In this document: positions 60,864 through 64,000 of the stretch, piece after piece
How positions within the stretch are numbered: position 1 is the stretch's first letter
Layout: every line of letters begins with the position of its first letter
DNA from: Botryllus schlosseri
Lineage: Eukaryota
Length of the DNA: 64,000 nucleotides
Assembly: GCA_051294905.1 (NCBI GenBank)
Contig: CM119371.1
Span: 24,492,001-24,556,000, forward strand
Direction: 5' to 3'
The notes under the pieces: model-generated
Seen by the model: only the letters and a program-made list of their open reading frames with translations
Databases searched by the model: none
What the model was told of the DNA's origin: nothing
Made by a program: the position numbers and the translations under genes

Positions 60864-63327
60864 TGTAATGTTCTAGATCTTGTTTGAACAATAACTCAAT
60901 GCGACGAGGTTGCAATACGAAATCAGTATATTATCAGCAGTATGACTTCCCCAGGACAAGCGACACGATCCAGAGTGCAGTTAAACGAAAGACCATGAGA
61001 CAACAGAACACAGGGTATAAATACAAGCACGACACACGAGGAAATAATGATTGGCTGTAATTACTAATCCTATAGAAAGAAAGAGTTGTACGACACCGAA
61101 CGTAAATGCACGAACATAACAGTCCTCCCCTGTAAGTTAGAGGGTTGCCCACATTTACGTAGGTCTAGAGAAATCGGTGGTTTTCCTATTTCTAAGAGGA
61201 TAACGTCTACCCGTCGTCGTACGGGCAGGACTAGCTGCAGGACCTGGTGCCCTGTTCCTAACCAATGGTTGCTCAGCTTGTGACTGTTGCGGCTGAGCAA
61301 CTTCCTGTGTGACTTTATCATGACCAGTGGAAATCAAGCGTGGTTGGAGTTGGTTCTTGTGCCTTCTCCAACCCATGATCTGTTTTTATAATGTACACAA
61401 CACGCCCCAGTATTTCCGTCACCACGCCAGCAGCCCACTTTGGTCCGCTTCGGTAACTGCGAGCGTAGACCGAGGAACCAATCTCGAAATGAGTGACTGA
61501 TTGTCCAGGCGTAACGGATTTCGATTTGTCGAAAGGCGAGCACAAACTCAACAAATTGCGCGGCTGTCGACCATGTAAAATCTCGGCAGGCGTTTTCCAG
61601 TCTATGCCCGGGTGCGGTGCACATCGGTACGTAGCGAGAAGGGTTTGGAGTGCGAAGTTGAGATCTTTTCCACCGTCGCAATTTTTTAATAATCCATCTT
61701 TTAAAGTCTGGACGAATCGCTCCGCTTCCCCGTTCGAGGCAGGGTGAAAAGACGGCGATACGATATGGCTGATTGCCAAATTAGAGCAAAACGTATCGAA
61801 TTCATTCGATGTGAATTGCGGCCCGCCATCCGTGACAATCGTTATGGGCAAGCCTTCGATAGAGAAGACTTCCCTCAAAGCGTTGACCACACACAAGGTT
61901 GTGGTAGATCCGACATTCAGTTCTTTAACGAAAGGATATTTCGAATGCGCATCGAAGATGACAAGAAACATTTTATTGTTTATTGGACCTGCGAAATCCA
62001 AGTGAATTCGTTCAAAGCTTTCAGAAGTTTTGGGCCATTCGCGATACTGACGATCAGGCGCTTTCATTACCTTACGGCAAGCGTCGCAACTCTTAACGAG
62101 ATTCTCAATGTCGCGATTAATGGAAGGCCATGCGATGTAACGTCGAGCCATCTGCTTCATTTTCGCGATACCCCAATGTCCTTCGTGCAACAATGAGAAG
62201 ACTCGCGAGCGAAGTGACTGCGGAATTACTACGCGCTGAAAACCATCAATATCGAGCATGACTATGTCTTCGTGCAAAGAAAGCGAATGTTTGCGAGTCG
62301 AAAACCAAGAAAAATCATCAATGTGTACCTTTGGGTTCCAATTACCATGAGTGACAGATAGTTTTACTAGTTTCATGGTTTTGTCCTTCAGCGTCGCGTC
62401 GCGAATTTCATTGCGAGTTAACGGCAAACCATCGAATGCCATATTAATAGCGTGAACGATCTCCGCGTTTTCACGAATTTCCAGTTCGTCAAACTCAGGG
62501 TCTGGACCCTTTGGTAGGCGAGATAAACCGTCGGCGTTTCCGTGCTGATTGGTCGGTTTATAGCGAATATCGTATTGGTAAGCCATGAGCGTTAGTGCCC
62601 ATCGCTGTACCGTTGCGCTGTAACCACGGGAATTTTCTTGTCCGGCGAGAAAATAGCTAAAAGCGGTTTGTGGTCCGTCACGAGCGTAAATTTTCTACCA
62701 TACAAGAACTGACGAAATTTAGTGACTCCGTAAATGATTGACAGAGCTTCCTTCTCTATTTGAGAGTAGGATTTTTGCGAATCAGAAAGTGTTTTCGACG
62801 CGTGCGCGATCGGTCTCTCTTCGCCATTGTGCTCGATTGAGAGGACAGCGCCGATTCCGAATTGAGAAGCATCAGTTGACAAAATGGGCTGCTTGTTTAC
62901 ATCATAACGAGCTAACTGCGTAGCGTCGATTACGTCGTTTTTGAGAACGCAAAAAGCTGCGTCACAGTCCGTATTCCAAATGAATTTCGCGTCTTTTTGA
63001 AGAAGACGGTACAAGGCAGCGGCTTTATTCGTGAAATTAGGAATAAACGCACGATAATAATTGACTTTGCCCAGGAATGCCTGTAGCTGGCGAACATCCT
63101 GAGATTTAGGCAACTGTTTGATTGCTTCAACGGATTTGTGAGACGGGCGTTTGCCGTCCTTGTCGATTATGTGACCAAGGTACTCGATACTACTTTTGAA
63201 AAATTCACATTTAGCGAAGTTGACGGTGAAACCGTATTCGGTGAGGCGCTCAAAGAGTAGCGATAAGTTGCGAAAATGGTCGCGTTCATCAATGCCAGTA
63301 ACGATTATGTCATCGATAAAACTAGCA
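60864..63327 (-). mobile_element. Ty3/Gypsy LTR retrotransposon 3' portion (RT, RNase H, integrase, 3' LTR 60864-61121), frameshifted
   Basis: Motifs FIDDIIV, YLGH, TDASQFGIGAVL, YSQIEKEAL, TDHKPL, HEGHWG...CDAC, IHLDFAGP, TDGGPQF, SNGEAER. Frameshifts near 62610 and 61365. LTR TG...CA with PPT AGGGGAGGAC. Confidence 0.92.
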
Positions 63328-63358
<31 letters not shown>

Positions 63359-64000
63359 TTTTATTGCTTCGTCAAACAAAAAAGTTGACTGGAGGTGACG
63401 ATATGGCCTATAAAGGCCTTGTTACTCGTCACCTCCATGGCAGTGAAATAATCAAGTGTACTCATCCCAATAAATATAACAGTGGACAGTCTGCAACATG
63501 AAAAAAAATAATAATCACAAATAGAAGACAATAATACACACAAATATATAACAAAGACAGTAGCCATGGCAACATACTAGGTAAAGCAATATGAAGTCAA
63601 TAAATAGATGTATAATTTATAAATCAACGGGTACTAGATAGTAGATACTCTCATTTCTGATTATAATTTGAAAAAAGGTAATCCTGGTATTGGGTTTTAA
63701 ATTCATGCTGAGGTAGCTCTTTGATACTGTCGGGCACGTCATTCCAAATATTTGGGCCCATATATTCAATGGACTGTTGGGTCAGTCTGGAGTTCATACG
63801 GTGAACATAAAGATGACCAGATTCCGATGATCTAGTAGAATACCCATGCACAGTGGAAGATTGCTCAAACAAGCTATTAAAGTAAGGGGAGATATTACCG
63901 TTTGTGAATTTATGCATCAGGTTGGCTATTTCATAATTATACAAATCGGGTAGCTTAAGTATCCTGAGAGCTAAATAACCAGGAGTAGCAGATGACCTAG
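63328..64000 (-). mobile_element. 3' end of a CR1/L2-group (Crack/Daphne-like) LINE inserted in the Gypsy RT
   Basis: ORF2 C-terminus ILKLPDLYNYEI...HGYSTRS...GPNIWNDVP...FK; 3' UTR with AATAAA, then a (TGTC)n tail at 63328-63357. Confidence 0.85.

Noticed and set aside
62592..63359. Predicted N-terminus MSVCLSVCLSV of the RT ORF
   Set aside because: Derived from the (TGTC)n tail of the inserted LINE, not a real start.

Overview
Eukaryotic (animal) nuclear DNA, AT-rich and dominated by transposons. Spliced exons, tRNA-derived SINEs and LINE/BEL/Gypsy elements suggest a marine invertebrate such as an ascidian (inference only). Host coding content is small: four phase-0 3' exons of an LRR-type gene on the minus strand (550-1938) and a decayed P-loop-like frame near 21.3-21.7 kb. 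The rest is a nested set of mobile elements, many delimited by their target-site duplications (TSDs): a CACTG/EnSpm-like element, a Foldback-like MULE, a P-like element holding a Merlin-like G/C-rich foldback, many hAT MITEs, SINEs, a young BEL/Pao element lacking RT/RNase H/integrase, a Gypsy and several LINE fragments. The most unusual feature is a ~13-kb inverted duplication (22280-35524). Its unique 914-bp spacer holds a 92-aa intronless ORF I cannot assign, with a ~48%-identical paralog at 11507-11794 that shows many synonymous changes. The arms carry 41-bp tandem arrays and a family of short ORFs that continues past the right arm to ~40-41 kb. This may be an undescribed virus-like or large mobile element.
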